NCBI GenBank assembly: GCA_951406725.2
Contig: OX597816.1
Span: forward strand, 133,486,001-133,550,000
Source of the DNA: Octopus vulgaris
Lineage: Eukaryota
Direction: 5' to 3'
Length of the DNA stretch: 64,000 nucleotides
Shown here: positions 24,900 through 40,299 of the stretch, piece after piece
Position numbering within the stretch: the first letter of the stretch is position 1
How the letters are laid out: every line of letters begins with the position of its first letter
Made by a program: the position numbers and the translations under genes
Notes under the pieces: model-generated
Told to the model about the DNA's origin: nothing
What the model saw: only the letters and a program-made list of their open reading frames with translations
The model's database searches: none

Positions 24900-26649
24900 T
24901 TCATCATCAACATCATCCTCCACTTCTTCTTCTTTTTCTTCTCCTCCTCCCATCACACTTTGACTTCAGTCAGTCTTCTTTATCTCACTCGGCAATGCAT
25001 TCAGTTACTCTTACTGTAACTGATACTCAGTTACTAATTGTAATTGTTGTCTGGTGATGTCTGTATAGCAAATATTATAAAGGATGTCTGGTTCTGGATC
25101 CCAGTCAATTACATGATACAAAGTCTAATTCCACTACTCATTATTTTGGGTAAGTGTCTTCTGCCATAACTTAGAGCCCATACAAGCCTTGTGAGTGAAG
25201 TTGGGTAGATACTGCATTGAAGGACATCATAAAGCTGTGTCTGTTCTTGTTGGTAGACTTAATCTGGTGTTTCACACAGAGCAGGGGGTACTACGAAGAT
25301 TAAAAACTACCATGTTTAATCCTTTTACTGCAGAAATCAAATATATATCCACTCAAAATTTCATTACCTTTTATACACCAGTCTATCTTTTGTTGATGAA
25401 TGTCATGTTTGAAACTATTTTTTGTACTAGTGCCATGTTAAAAGTACCTCGTGCTGGTGCCATGTTAAAAGCACTTGGTGTCATCTTAAAAGCCCCTTGT
25501 GCTGGTGTCATCTTAAAAGCCCCTTGTGCTGGTGTCATGCTGAAAGCACTGATGCCAGTGCCACATAAAAAGCACCCACTACACTCTGTGTAGTAGTTGG
25601 CATTAGGAAGGACATCCAGCCAGAGAAACCAGGCACTGGAGCCTGATATGGCCCCTGGCCTTATCAGCTCCAGTCAAACCATTCAACCAATGCCAACATG
25701 GAAAAACAGATGTTAAACGATGATGATGATATGTCAAGTTTATTGTGGCAACATGACTTGCAGAAAACACCAATCTTATTTTTTTGGTAGCCATTAAACA
25801 TCATTATTGGAATAACCATGAAATCTAATTTCACAGTTAAGAGACTGATAAAATTAAGATGATTTTAAGCTTTTTGAACTCATCAACACAGGATACATAG
25901 TCTACTTTGCCCTTGGTAAAGTCTTTAAAACAACTAAGATGACTTAGTGTTTGTTCTAGTTCTATATGTTCTGCGTTCAAATCTTGCTGGGGTTAAATTG
26001 TCTTTCATCTTTCAGGGGGTCAATAAAGTAAAGTATAAGTCAAATACTGATGTAAATGCAATCAGTTAACCCTTCCCTCTCAGAATTAGTGACCTTGTGT
26101 CCAAACTGAAAACAATTAATAAAGAGCTGTTGCTGATGGTGATGGTGCGGGCTAATCTTGTACTAATATTTGGGGTAGAGCTTGCATTTGTCACCATCAC
26201 CTGGCCCATGGCTACCTTTGGTGTAACCTGACTCTGTTACAAGCATTTGAACAAAGTCTCCAGTTTGAGGACAGCTGATATTTGGAATGCCACTATAAAT
26301 TCTCTTTTTCCAATCTATTTCAGAGCCCCTGCATAAGGACATAGAAGTGCCTTGCTTCTTCTAACTATACTATGAAACCCCAACTCACCCCAAAAATGTA
26401 TAGTTTGAGTGCAGAGAACCTTTATGAAGCTGATAACAGTTACGCTCATTTGATGTTATTTAGGTAGTTTTGTTGGATAACATGTTTATGGAAAAGTAAT
26501 GGGCTTTTGATCACCTCTTCATGTTTCTCCTCTCTCTTCCTCCTTCTCATACCATAACAGTCACTAAACCACTACCTTCATCATCGTCACCATTTTTGAT
26601 ATCATCATCATCATCATCATCGTCGTCGTCGTCGTCGTCGTCGTTGCTG

Positions 26650-26682
<33 letters not shown>

Positions 26683-27315
26683 CTAAAAGCTGTAGCATCA
26701 TTTCATAGTTGTTTATATTGTTGATTTTTCATATCATGTGTCCAGACATCTCTGTTCAACTATAATTGTTATTTTACAAGCTGTATTGTCATTTGGCATA
26801 ATAGGAGTAAAGGTTTTGTTGTTGAGAGTCTTTATCACTACATTATATTAAGCTAGAGGAGGTGGAAAATAACACACACAGACACACATGCAAACAACAC
26901 AAAACACACACATACAAGACAAAAAATTAGACAGAAAGAATTTTTTTGTTGTTGTTGTAAATTCCTACGTCAACAAGTAGACACAAATAAAAACCATAAA
27001 CTAGTAATGGTCTGGATCTGCAAAAATTAGAAAATAAAGTTCACAAATATAATAAGTTTCTACGCTGTAATGGAGATGCAAATTCTAATGATTCAGCTTG
27101 AGTCCTTTCTCAGAAGCAAATTCATTCAAATTTATACAAATACCACCACCTCTATCCAACCATAGCAACAAACTTATTGATGCTTACAAACTTTATTTAG
27201 ATGTAAATAATAGTCTGGTAGTCTTTGTATACTTGTATGCCTTTTTTTAACTGACACATAGCTTCTAAATTATATTTAATCCCTATTGTCCACCACCACT
27301 ACTATTGTATATCAT

Positions 27316-27850
27316 GAAACGGGGGGTTACTTTGAACAGTTTTAGACTTCTTATTGCAATAATTTCATAACCTTTTTTTCAATCTTAACTAAATTTGACT
27401 ATGTTAGGGGGACTAAATATCTAAACTGATACATGAAATAAAAATAAGTTGCAGTCAATATTTGATTACTTTTTCTATATAATTGTTGCTGCTCAAAGTA
27501 ACCCCAAATTAGGGGTTACTTTGAACAGTAATGTTTTTTTTACTTATGGACAAGCACTCTCAAATCCATAGCATCAAATGGAAACCCCCATTCTGCAACA
27601 ACTGTAATGTAAGCAACAAATGCTGCTTCTTCTTTTTCACTGAATACTGAAGGGTGACCAGGTTGCCTGCTATGCTTATTGTTCAATCTATGGCTCAGAG
27701 TTCCAACTAGAATTTTATAAACAACATGGCTTTTCGAAGGGTAATTTTCTTTGCTTTAATATCTTTCACTACTTTATCCAGACTCTTTTGGTTACAGGAT
27801 TTATAGCTTCAAGAGCCAGGTTTTCTATTATAAATTCTTGGTATAAGTAT
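27316..27850 (-). mobile_element. Internally deleted pogo-like DNA transposon (HTH_psq fragment plus terminal repeats)
   Basis: Minus strand YKILVGTLSHRLNNKHSRQPGHPSVFSEKEEAAFVAYI; GGGGTTACTTTGAACAG occurs at about 27323 and 27512, with a partial inverted copy near 27495. Confidence 0.65.
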
Positions 27851-29591
27851 TTGGTTAATGCTAATCTCGATCCAAACTACAAGTTGATCTTAAAAAAAAA
27901 AACAGAATATGGTTTAAAGAATTAGACTTTGTAACAGAAAGAAAAACTGATTCTGGTTATCAAGCCATATTAAAAAAAAATGATAAATTTGGGGTTATAC
28001 CTCATTAATTCTAAGGGTGAAATATTGTCCATAAATAGGAAAAACATTTAAAAATCTTAAATACCTAACTTATATTGGGCACTATTAGCTTTTGACATTT
28101 GTATATGTTGTTGTGTATCCCTGGGTCACACCTTGACTAAACATAGCTAAAAGTGTTCCAGGATATCTAGAACTGTATCATCTAATGTGAGCTTCCTTTA
28201 AATCTTCCTTTAAAACTCTGGCGGTGTAATTTGAGAGAGATTTGACTGCTATTTCTAATAGATCAAATACCCTCTCATTGGCATATTGCTAGAATCAGTA
28301 ATTTTCTTTTCAAGCCAGGTTTTCTCTGGCTAACAGATCTTTGTATTTTGTCCAAAAGTACACAATAATAGTTGAAATATGATTTTAGGTCCTAAAGATA
28401 GATATTATTAGCCCAGGATTTCAACTTTCTCTGTTACAAAGCAGTGGAGAATATTTTGAAAGTATTTTTGAGAGACTTTATATTGCTTTTCTCCTTTTGA
28501 AAATATAATATTTAGGCACTTTCAAGTAACCACAGTTTTTTAGATTATTGTTATTGATGTTTAACCTTGGGTCAACCCTAATCTTTGGCTGTTTTAATGC
28601 CACCATCTGGCTTTTTGGTGGCTTTAGTGAAAGCCATTTTATGGTAAGCATTCAGTGCAGGTTTCCAGTCAAAGTTTAACTCATACATGCTGCTTCTTAT
28701 TGCATCTTCCATAATATATTTCAACATAGTTGCAAATGAGTACGATTTGAATTAGTTCTCCAAAGGAGGCCTACAACAGTTATAATGGGAGCCAGGTCTC
28801 AAGAGTAACAGTTCATGGGACTCTCTTATTTATTAGCTGCCCCACTTTCAACTACCAATTTCTATGAGGGCTGCATCAAAAACAGAAGGAATAGTTGGCA
28901 TAATCCCATATGTTTTAGTTTCTTCTTTTCTTTCTGTTGCTAGTTTCATTTGTCCTGCAAAAACCATGGGTACTATCCTTCCTCATTCAACCAACCCATG
29001 TAGTTCTCAAATGGTGCAAAGGATTTTTCAGTGTACAACGTATTTTTTCAAAAATATAATTTGACCCTCAATATACACATTCCTCTGTCAAATATGTTTA
29101 TTTGTTCACATTATTTTGAACTAATCATGCATTATCTCATAGCATTACCATTTCAATGAGGAGATTGTTTATTTTTAGAATGACATTGTAGAGTAGGTAT
29201 AAGAGGCCAGATCTTGTTCGTTTTTAATATAAAGCAGGTTGAATATTTGCACCTGATATGACTGGTTTAACTGCTAAAGGTTTAAGGATTCAAAAAATCC
29301 ATGCAAATGTTTGACCAGCTTTGAAAATGTTCTTAATTTTTTTATAGACAAGTATCAATAAAACAAGGTAAGCAGTAGTTTACCTTTTTCTTACTAAGTT
29401 TTTAACTTTAAATCATCGTCCTCTTTTAATTTTTCCATACATCAGTGCACCAATAATTTTATATTTGATCTCAAGTCGATCACAAAAGATTACATGAGAA
29501 CCACTAGGCTAAACCATAACACACATGCACACATATGCAGACATACACACACAAACAAGCTCAAACACATGCACACACACCAACACAAGTT

Positions 29592-29626
<35 letters not shown>

Positions 29627-30157
29627 ACTGTAACAGTTTAGTATACAAACTTTATTCCAGTAGTGCTGAATCTTATTCTAACCTCAACCCATGGATAATT
29701 CTGTAATTTTACCATAAATCTTAAGTTCATTCCTTTATAAAAACCATCAAGTTGTTGAATTCTTCCTGCAAAAGCTTTAGGGTACAGTAAGCTTCAGTGC
29801 ATATAATTGAAAAATAGGTTCCATTGTATTACATCGTATCTTGTTTTAAATACAATTAGACCTTGTTCTATCTAGTTTACTGAGATATCATAAACAGACC
29901 GCTTGCCAATCAGATGTTATTAACATGAGCTGAGTGGGATTGCCTAACAACAGTAATAGTATTAACAGTTTATTATTAGCTAAATTAGTGAAATGAATGA
30001 TTGAATATTAACATGAGCTGACAGGTCATGGTTTACAAGTTCACATCAGTTATTGGTATTTTTTTTTATTGTGTATCTGGATAAGGCAGTTTAGTCTGCA
30101 TGCTTTCATTTTACCTAACTGCTGAGGAGTGGTTCCAATTGTATTTATGTATGTATG

Positions 30158-30191
<34 letters not shown>

Positions 30192-30340
30192 TGTATGTAT
30201 GTATGTATGTATGTATGTATGTATGTATGTATGTATGTATGTATGTATGTATGTATGTAGGTACGTTTATACGTATGTGTGTATGTATGTATGTACGTAG
30301 TACTTACGTACGTATCTACGTATGTACATATACATATATA

Positions 30341-30832
30341 TTGGATCATCTCATAAATAATGCGACTTTTTCAATTGCATTAACTAAAAGTCAGAGGGGG
30401 ACAGGATAAACTACCTGCATCAACTTGCTATAAAAACAGATAGTAATTTTACCTTGTCTTTATTCTTAGTGCAAGTCTTGAAGAGTGTAGTTCAATTTTA
30501 ACCATTATTTTTCAAAGCTATAATAGAAGTGACAAAGGAGCATATACCACATATTTTGCTTTATGAGTTCACTAAAGGCAACAACGCAATGGAAAGTGCA
30601 AGGAATATTAATGCAGTATATGGGGATCAAATAATAAGCATAAGCCAGTGTCAATGGTGGTTCCAGAGATTCCGAGCTGGAAACTACAGCCTAGAAGACA
30701 AGCTGCCTCCTGGAAGATCAGTAGAGATTGACAAGGATGTCCTGCAAAACCCTAGTGGAACCAAATCCCATTGTAACTGTTGAGGAACTAGCAGAGAAGC
30801 TTGGATTTGGTCATTCGACCATTCATCGACAT
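30341..30832 (+). mobile_element. Mariner 5' fragment (left TIR plus HTH region)
   Basis: TA-TTGGATCATCTCATAAATAATGCG; KEHIPHILLYEFTKGNNAMESARNINAVYG...WFQRFRAGNYSLED; cut by (TATG)n. Confidence 0.9.
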
Positions 30833-30903
30833 ATGTATGTATGTATGTATGTACATGCATACATACATGCATGCATGCATACATACATACATACATACAT
30901 ACA

Positions 30904-30937
<34 letters not shown>

Positions 30938-30944
30938 AACACTC

Positions 30945-31545
30945 CTGAGGAATTCATTCCTTATCCATTTCTTATTGATTGGTTCATCATAGCTAACATT
31001 CCCATCATCCTGCCCAAGATAGTTCTAACTTTTTCCAGAGAGTAAAGGTTATATTTTATAGGTTCTTCATGTTTAGTGTCTTGGAGGAGGGCACATTTGG
31101 TCTCACCACATTTCATTTCTATGTCTTTAGAGAATTGGGTTATGAGATCCCATTGCTTTTTAATATGGTTAATACTTGGTTCACATAGCTTCAAGTCTTC
31201 AACAAAAAATAGGTGAGAGATGTTACTGGATTTATTCCTATAACTGCTATGTTTTATGATCAGGTACAATAGGGATCCCGATGAGAGAACAAAGAGCAAT
31301 ATTGACAAGCTATTGCCCTGAAGAAATCTTTTTCGGTAATGCATACTGTCAGATTTGATGTGTTTATTGTCACCTCTAAAACTTAGTGAGGTGTATCAGG
31401 TTTTAGTTACGTGATGGATGGCAGCTACTAGTGGTGGTGTAACTTTGGTTAATTGCAGTAGTTTGAAAATCTACCTATGTGGTACAATATCAAAGATTTT
31501 TGGTTGTCGAGCCACACTATTGACAAGTCTCAGCAGTTCTCACAA
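30945..31545 (-). mobile_element. R4/Dong-type RT fragment
   Basis: FLQGNSLSILLFVL and ISHLFFVEDLKL correspond to decayed QGDSLSP and HLLYMDDLKL motifs. Confidence 0.75.
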
Positions 31546-31815
31546 GGTATTGTTTGACTTATGATTAGAGTATAAAACACGTTAGCTAACATCATCTATG
31601 CAGTGAGACTGAAAACCTAACTATGTGGTTCTGAAGTGAAAGATAGGCTTGCACCTATGTGTGTGTGTATATATATACATATATATATGAGTAGTATAGT
31701 TTGCATGAAGTATTGTCTGATATAAATGTTTTTAATTTTTTTAAAGCCAATTGTAAGAAATAATACAGGTTGATATGTTCTGAAGACAAGACAATCCTGT
31801 ACCCAATACACTTTG

Positions 31816-31907
<92 letters not shown>

Positions 31908-33397
31908 GTGTGTGTGTGTGTGCATGTGTGTGTGTGCATGTGTGTGTGCGTGTGTCTGTGTGTGCACGTGCATGTGTTTGTGTGAACATATGAACAGATA
32001 CTCATACATACACAAATGCACACAGTTATTTTTGCACTTGTATGTATCTGAGTACTTATTTATACTTGCAAATCTTCCACACACTTTATGCTTGCTGACA
32101 TGTGAAGTAAGAGATTCTTTACTTGAAAATAATGCAAGGGTTAGCAACAAAAATGGCATCCAGTTGTAAAACAGTGCCTCATTTTTAAGGCATTGTTTTT
32201 TTGTATCTAATTCATGTTAATAGGAGGTAAAAAAAAAAAGACATACAATGATTGAACAAACAAACTTTTATTATCATCACAACACACAAAGAGACAAAGG
32301 ACAAGAACTATAACAACTGGTCACATGCAGTGCTGGAGAAGCAACTGCGCAGGTGTGTCAAAATGAATATTTAGTGGAATTCTGCTTTAAGCCACAAGAT
32401 CTCATAATCCCTCATAACTTTTTCATTTGTTGGATTTTTCAGAAAATTTTTTTGAATTTGTATTATACACAGAGGAATTAATGCAATTACGCAAAAACCA
32501 AAACCAAAACATTTTGGTGCATAATTTAAGGGTTATTTCACCATTATTTTTAGCACATCTCATTTGTTTGTCAGAAATGTTAGCAGAAATGTTAGCACGC
32601 CAGGCAAAATGCTTAGCAGAATTTCATCTGTCTTTATGTTGTGAGTTCAAATTCCACCGAGGTCGATTTTGCCTTTCATTCTTTAAGGGTTGATAAATTA
32701 AGTACCAGTTGCATATTGGGGTCGATCTAATCGACTGACACTCTCTCTAAAAATTTTGTGCCTTGTGCCTAGAGTAGAAAAGAATATCTTTCTCCCATAA
32801 ACACATTTAGTGATCTATTGCTGGTATTTAAGCCAAAAATTCGGACTGCCTATATTTTAAACTGTGATTTAAAAAGAGAAATTCTCAAAATTTAAAAAAA
32901 CAAATTTTTTCTTAAATTTCTAAAAATTAAAAAAAAAATTTTTTGTTCATAGTCGTGTGAATTCCTATGTGTAAAATACAAATTTGCAAAAATCAGAAAT
33001 CTCTGAAATATTTAATTAAAATGAGAGTGATGGTGGATGGAAAGTAAAATATACTTACAGTTTGGCCTTCCAGTTCTCTGTATACCTGTTAAGTCTTCAT
33101 CTACAATACCCAACCTGCCTCCTTGACATCTTCATATCCCTAATACTCATCAGTGTATCACTTGCTCTCTCCACACTTACCCTTTCACCTGTTTCACTGT
33201 ACTATGCTTACTGTATAACTAGAGATGGCAGTAGATCTGCCTTGCCTTCTCATCTCTCTGACACCCTCTCTCCTATTAATAGTATCATAATACATGAGTA
33301 ACAAGGAATAGTACAACAATCCCTCTGTACTTAATCTTCTTCTGTAACCAGCCATATTACTCTACCACTTTGTCTTCCATTAAGTCACTATGTATTC

Positions 33398-33790
33398 TTT
33401 TATTTGTTTCAGTCATTTGACTGCAGCCATGCTGGAGCACCATTTTTAGTTGAACAAGTCGACCCCAGGACTTATTCTTTGTAAGCCTAGTACTTATTCA
33501 GTCGGTCTATTTTGCCGAACTTCTAAGTTACAGGGACATAAACACACCCACTTTGGGTGTCAAGCAATGGTAGAGGGACAAACACAGGCACACAAACATA
33601 CACCCCACCCACACATTTATATATATACCACAGGCTTCTTTCAGTTTCCGTCTACCAAATCCACTCACGAGGCTTTGGTTGGCCTGAGGCTATAGTAGCA
33701 GACAATTGCCCAAGGTGCCACGCAGTGGGACTGAACCCGGAACCATGTGGTTGGTAAACAAGCTACTTACTACACACCCACTCCTGCACC
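33398..33790 (-). mobile_element. SINE family A, near complete
   Basis: Head and tail both present; a related copy at 34170-34465. Confidence 0.85.
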
Positions 33791-33829
<39 letters not shown>

Positions 33830-34484
33830 ATATTGATATTGAGCATAAGCAACAAACTGATTCAAAGTCCGAAAGTTTTGTATGTTGACATTTATCAAAC
33901 TACCTTGATAAGTACCAATGCATGAAACTTTCAGATCTTGAGTCACTCTGTTACTTCTCAATATTAATAAAAAATATACGTATACTGATATTTTGAGTTT
34001 TATTTTCCTGTTTGCACCAACATACTTGTTTACCTGTAATATATATATACACACACACACACATATCTATCTATATATGTATGCATAAATATACATATGA
34101 TACATACATACATACACACACTCACACACACATACATACACACACACATATACATTTATATATACACATCTTTTATTTGTTTCAGTCATTGAACTTTGCA
34201 GGGTTTTAGTTGAACAAATTGACTCCAGTACATGGTTTTTACAGTCTGGTACTTATTCTATCAGACTCTTTTGGCAGACTGCTAAGTTGCAGGGACATGA
34301 ACAAACCAACACTGGTTGTTAACTAGTGGCAGCAGGGAACAAATATACGTTCCTGTCTGCCAGATTTGTTCACAAGGAATACACTTGCCCCAAGTGCCAC
34401 AGAGTAGGTTTGAACCCAAGAGAACATGGTTGCAAAGCAAGCCTCTTAACCACACAGCCAGACCATGTGTGTGTGTGTGTGTGT

Positions 34485-34574
<90 letters not shown>

Positions 34575-35160
34575 ATATCTCATCACCACCATTATCAACA
34601 TCACAACAACATTTAGCTTTTTCTAAACACTTTGAAAGACACTGAAGCAACGGAGAATAGTCTGATGATTTACAAGGCATACAACAGTCTTTTTGGGTTG
34701 TAATTCTGAATGAAGTGTTAATGATGATGATGCCGATGATGAGGATGACAATGACAATAACGATGATACAGTAGTGGCGTGACTAGTGTGGTAGTATTGA
34801 TGTTGTTGCTGTCGGATGCCAATTACTGAACTAGAATATTTGTATTTATTTTCTGTCCCATGGGAGCTTGCACACAAATTACAACCAACTATATTATTCT
34901 GCACATCTCAAGCTACCCTGCATATTTTTTTCAACACCAAAACACCGAGCAAATATCACTATTACAAAGCAAAAATGTATGTGGCTTTCGGTTGAAAATC
35001 AATGCTATCTTAGCATGCCATGTTGTTGATCTACTTGCCTTCAGATATTTATAAGTAAATCTCTGTATTTACAGAAATAGAAATGATATACAAACATGCA
35101 TACATATATGCATATATACTAATACACACACACACATATATATATATATACATAAATATT

Positions 35161-35207
<47 letters not shown>

Positions 35208-35673
35208 TGGATAAGCACATAAATAAAGTATATATATATATATACATATATATGTATGTGTATATATATATATGTGTGTGTTTGTGTGTATATATATATA
35301 TATCATATATACATACATATACACACACATATGTATATAACTATACACACACACGCACATATATATATACACACACATATACATACATACATATATATAT
35401 ATAAAGATATGTGTTTGTTTCTGTGTGTATATATATATATATACAGTTATATATTCATCATCATCATCATAGTTTAAAGTTGTTTTCCATGCTGGCATGG
35501 GTTGGATGGTTTGACTGAGGTCTGGGGAGCCAGTGCCAACCACTCCGTTAGGAAGGGCATCCAGCTGTAGAAACATTGCCAGATGTGATTGGAGCCTGGT
35601 GCAGCTGCTGGCTCTCCAGACCTCATTCATATATATAAATGTATACATATGCAAACACCCTCCCCCCCACATA

Positions 35674-35734
<61 letters not shown>

Positions 35735-35883
35735 GTGTGTGTATGTATGTATGTATGTATGTATGTATGTATGTATGTATGTATGTATGTATGTATGTAT
35801 GTATGTATGTATGTATGTATGTATATGTATGTATACATATATATACATATATGTATACATACATATATATATATATATATATC

Positions 35884-36082
35884 AGTCGCCATGATAGATC
35901 GGTAGCCACTACACACATTTTTTTTTTCTCTCCTTGTTTTTTTCTGTGTTCCTTTCTGTGGAAGAGTGTAGGCTCGAAACGTAAAAGACTTTTTCAATCC
36001 CTGAGTGTTATACTAATACATCTGTTTGTTTTCTACACCGCCTGTCTTCGTCCTTTGTTTTTTTCGTGAATTCTCCCTATAT
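35884..36082 (+). mobile_element. Penelope-like pLTR/3' end fragment with minimal hammerhead variant at 35952-35987
   Basis: CTTT-CTGTGGA-A-GAGT gtag GCTC-GAAAC-GTA-AAAG; related in layout to 54830-55000(-). Confidence 0.55.
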
Positions 36083-36129
36083 ATGCTAGCATGGAGAACG
36101 GACGTTAAACGATGATGATGATGATGATG

Positions 36130-36189
<60 letters not shown>

Positions 36190-36417
36190 TCTTTTACTTG
36201 TTTCAGTCACTTGACTGCAGCCATCCTGGAGCACTGCCTTTAGTCAAGCAAATTGACCCCAGGACTTATTCTTAGAAGTCTAGTACTTATTCTATTGGTC
36301 TCTTTTGCCGAACTGCTAAGTTACGGGGATGTAAACACACCACCATCGGTTGTCAAGCGATGTTGGGGGGACAAACACAGACACACAAACATATACACAC
36401 AAACATATACACACACA

Positions 36418-36453
<36 letters not shown>

Positions 36454-36850
36454 GACTTTTATTACTACCTCATTCCATCTAAATGTATATATCTGTCGTT
36501 ACCTTTCATAAAAAGCCTTTTCTTTTTTATTTACAATGTGCACTTTCGTTGATTTTTCTTATTTTCTCCTTACATTTCCACGTGTATTTTCTATTTTCTT
36601 TTTGTAACATATTTCTACTATATATATATATAAATCTATATATATATATATAGTAGAAATAGTGTATATATATATATATACACATATATACGATGGGCTT
36701 CTTTCAGTTTCCATCTATCAAATCCACTCACAAGTTCTTGGTTGGCCCGAGGCTATAGAAGACACTTGCCCAAGGTGTCACACAAGGGTACTGAACCCAG
36801 AACCCTGTGGTTGGTAAGTAAGCTAATTACCACATAGTCACTCCTGTGCC
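36190..36850 (-). mobile_element. SINE family A with expanded, inserted centre
   Basis: 3' half 36190-36410 and 5' half 36690-36850. Confidence 0.8.
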
Positions 36851-36855
36851 TATCT

Positions 36856-37183
36856 AAGACCCCCTTCGGTCATGAATGACCATGGGATTGCACCTAGAAA
36901 GTTACCCTCCTAGACACAAGTCCGGGCAAGGTTGTTTATGGAAGGCTAGCAGTCGCCTATGCATACCAGCCTCCCCTCTCCACGCCACCAGTGTTATCCA
37001 AGGGAAAGACAAAGGTCGATACAGCTTGGCACCTGTGACGTCGCAACTCATTTCTACAGCTGAGTGAACTGGAGCAACGTGAAATAAAGTGCCTTGCTCG
37101 AGAACACAACACGCAGCCCGGTCCGGGATTCGAGCTCACAACCTCACGATCGTAAGCTCGACGCTCTAACCACTGAGCCGTGC
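36856..37183 (-). mobile_element. Young CpG-rich tRNA-derived SINE (family C)
   Basis: Minus strand GGCTCAGTGGTTAGAGCG (A box) and GCTCGAATCCC (B-box-like); central GAGCAAGGCACTTTATTTCACGTTGCTCCAG domain; GTGCCTAT at both ends. Confidence 0.85.
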
Positions 37184-40100
37184 CTATAGCAAGCTACTTA
37201 CCACACAGCCACCCTTGTCACTCTCTAAAAGTAATGAAATTTAGACAGACATACCATGTGCCAAGTTTCAATAATCTTACAAAATATGATTGACTCATTA
37301 AGTTATTGCTCAGTTTAGAAATGGCACTTTGATTTTCTAATAAATGCCCATATACTGTAACAAAACATACAGTATTGGAAAAAAAGACACTTAGGGTGAT
37401 ATAAGGAATGCTGATTGAAATGATGAACAGACAGAAAGATGGATCAATAATTGCCAAGCAATCAGATAAATCTATGCATTTTTATTTATTTGCCTGTCTT
37501 CAGAGTATGATTTTCATAATGGCTTTTTCTACAGAACATAAAAAAAAAATTTACATTTCAGAAAATTACCAAGAATTTTTTTCCAATTTTTACTGCTCTC
37601 AGCTTTTTTTTCAGATTTTTATCTCTTAAAAACAAGATTTTGTTAGAGTATTAATAAATTATAACCTTCAGGTCTTTTGCTGTTGATTTACTGACAGAAT
37701 CTCATTTAAATAATTGGCTATCTCCAAAGATATTTATTTTCAAAATCCCAAAAGATTCATCCTCCAAAAAGAAAGCACTTCTTTACTATATCAAATGTGT
37801 AGAAAGTTAGTTCTCTCTCTGCTGCCTCTGTCTCTGTCTGTCAGTCTGTCTGTCTGTCTCACTCTCTCTCTAATAATGCAATAACCTTGAGATACCATAT
37901 CCAGACATCTTTCATACACAAGCAAACTGACCACTAATCTTGAATCTCTAAGTGCTAAATATTGCTCACCTGCATTATTTATTTTTATTCAATGTTGATT
38001 TTCCATGCAGGGTATAATCTGATTCCATGAAGCTAATTTACATAACCTTAATGGTAATTAACATCCAAAAATATAAATCAATTCACTTTAAACAGTTTTA
38101 ATAGCCACTGGCCAACTTTATCTCATTAACCTGACTTAGTGTGTGTTCTGAGATTGAGCTGGGGGAAAGGTTAGAAATAGCTGCTAATCAATCTATGATT
38201 GGTTTCATTATTAGAAAAGTCTTTTACAAGTTTTTACAATTTTCTTTCTGTTTTTCCTCTATTCTTGACAATAATAATCTCTGTAGCCACAACAACCATT
38301 TCTTTTTAACTGGTAGTTCTAACACTTACCTGCTGAAAAATCAAACTTTCCCATCAGTTTCTGCCTCTAATTGAAGAAAATAAAAACAACCAATAGCCTT
38401 GATAATTTTATGGCTGCTGCTAATGTTATTGATGCTTTTATTGTTGTTGTTACTATTTCTTTATTCCTTTCTTTATTCTTTACTAAAGCTTATTTTCCAA
38501 TCTCATTGATTTTTCTGAACACTTAATTCCATGTGAAAGCTAGGAGCTGTGAACAAATTATATAGCATACTTAGGGCTTTTTTTAAAGCCTTCTGAAGTG
38601 GAAGTTACTGCCACTGTTGTTGTCGTTGTTGTTGTCATCACTAATGTTGTTATTAGCAGTGTCATGTCACAATGGCCTAGACATTTGAATTCTATTGTGT
38701 CATAATATTCCTGGCAATAAGATTGTTAATTCTCCCCTAGGTTTTATGTTAGCTTGTAGAATGAAAGCAGAAGAGTATTTTTTTATATAATACAAGCAAA
38801 TGAAAAAGATATTTTATATTGGGAAAGACAGTATTATTGGGCAGTATTTTTGGAGATTCAAACTAGTTGATATCGTTGTTTGCTATCCATAAGATAGCAA
38901 GCTGGCAGAATTGTTAGTGTGCCATACAAAATGCTTTGCATTTCATCCATCTTCACATTCTGAGTTCAAATTCTGCCAAGGTCATCTTTGCTTTTCATCC
39001 TTTCAGGGTCAATAAAATAAGTACCTGTTGAACACTGAGGTCAATATAATCAACTTAGCCACTCACCCTCTGAAATTGCTGGCCTTGTTGCAAAATCTAA
39101 AATTATTATTTGCTATCTATACTACTTATCTTTAGCAGAAATTCTTTTTTTCAATATTTTCTTTTTTAAACTTCAAAATGTCAGATCAATATATAAATCC
39201 AAGCAAAGGATTAATATTTCAGAATCAAAATCTAAATAGTGAGATTTTTAAATTAGTATTTTTGAAAAAATTTCTTTTTATAGTTTACAATAATGAAATG
39301 AGGGAGACAGTGATGATATTGGTGTTACAAACCAAAGAGAGATCTTAGATAATTAGCACTTGTAGTGCATGCTACTGTTATAATTCACTTAATTATTACC
39401 TGCCTTAAAAGCAATATTTGTTAATCCATTAACTCAAATACCTCCATTCGCAGACAAGAATTGTAAACATTGGTTTTTTCCCAATCAGCTTTATAATTTA
39501 GAGAGATGTTATTATTATCTCCTTGTAGTGTCACCTTATCTGTCACCCTTGTGGAAAATACAGAAACAATTATTGTTATTAAATGGCAAGCCAGCAGAAA
39601 TTTCAATGCATTGGACAAAATGCTCAGTCATATTTCTTCTGGATTTTTATGTTCTGAGTTCAAATCCTTATGAGGTCAACTTTGCCTTTCATCATTTCAG
39701 GTTGATAAAATAAAGTATCAATCAAGAACTGGGGTCGATGTAATCAACTAAACCTTGAAATTACTGGCCTTGTGCCAAAAGTCAAAATAATTGTTGTTGT
39801 TGTTATTGTTATTATCATTATCATCATCATTATCTTTATTATTTTTGTTGTTGTTGTTGTTACTATTATTATTAGTGCCTAGCTCTAATTATGGAGGGTA
39901 CCCGTGGAAAGGCTAGACTCAGGAAGATGTAGGACAAAGTGGTGAAAAAGGATTTTTGGATGCTGGGCCTCACTGAGGAAATGTCAAGGACCAGGAGATG
40001 TGGTGATTTGCTGTACTTGATAAGATGCATCATGCTAAGTAGAATCGCTGTCTTCCATACATATAGGTTTGTCCTTTCAGGTGCCAATGCCACATAAAAA

Positions 40101-40299
40101 GCATCCATGCTGGTGCTGAGTAAATGTGGTAGAACGTAAAAAGCACTCAGTATTCTTTGTTAAGTGATTAGTGTTAGGAAGAGTATCCAGCCATAGAAAC
40201 CATGCCACAACAGACAGCTGGAGTCTGGTCAGCTTCATATCAAACCATCCAACTCATGCCAACATGGAAAATGGGCATCAAAACGATGATGATGTTTCC

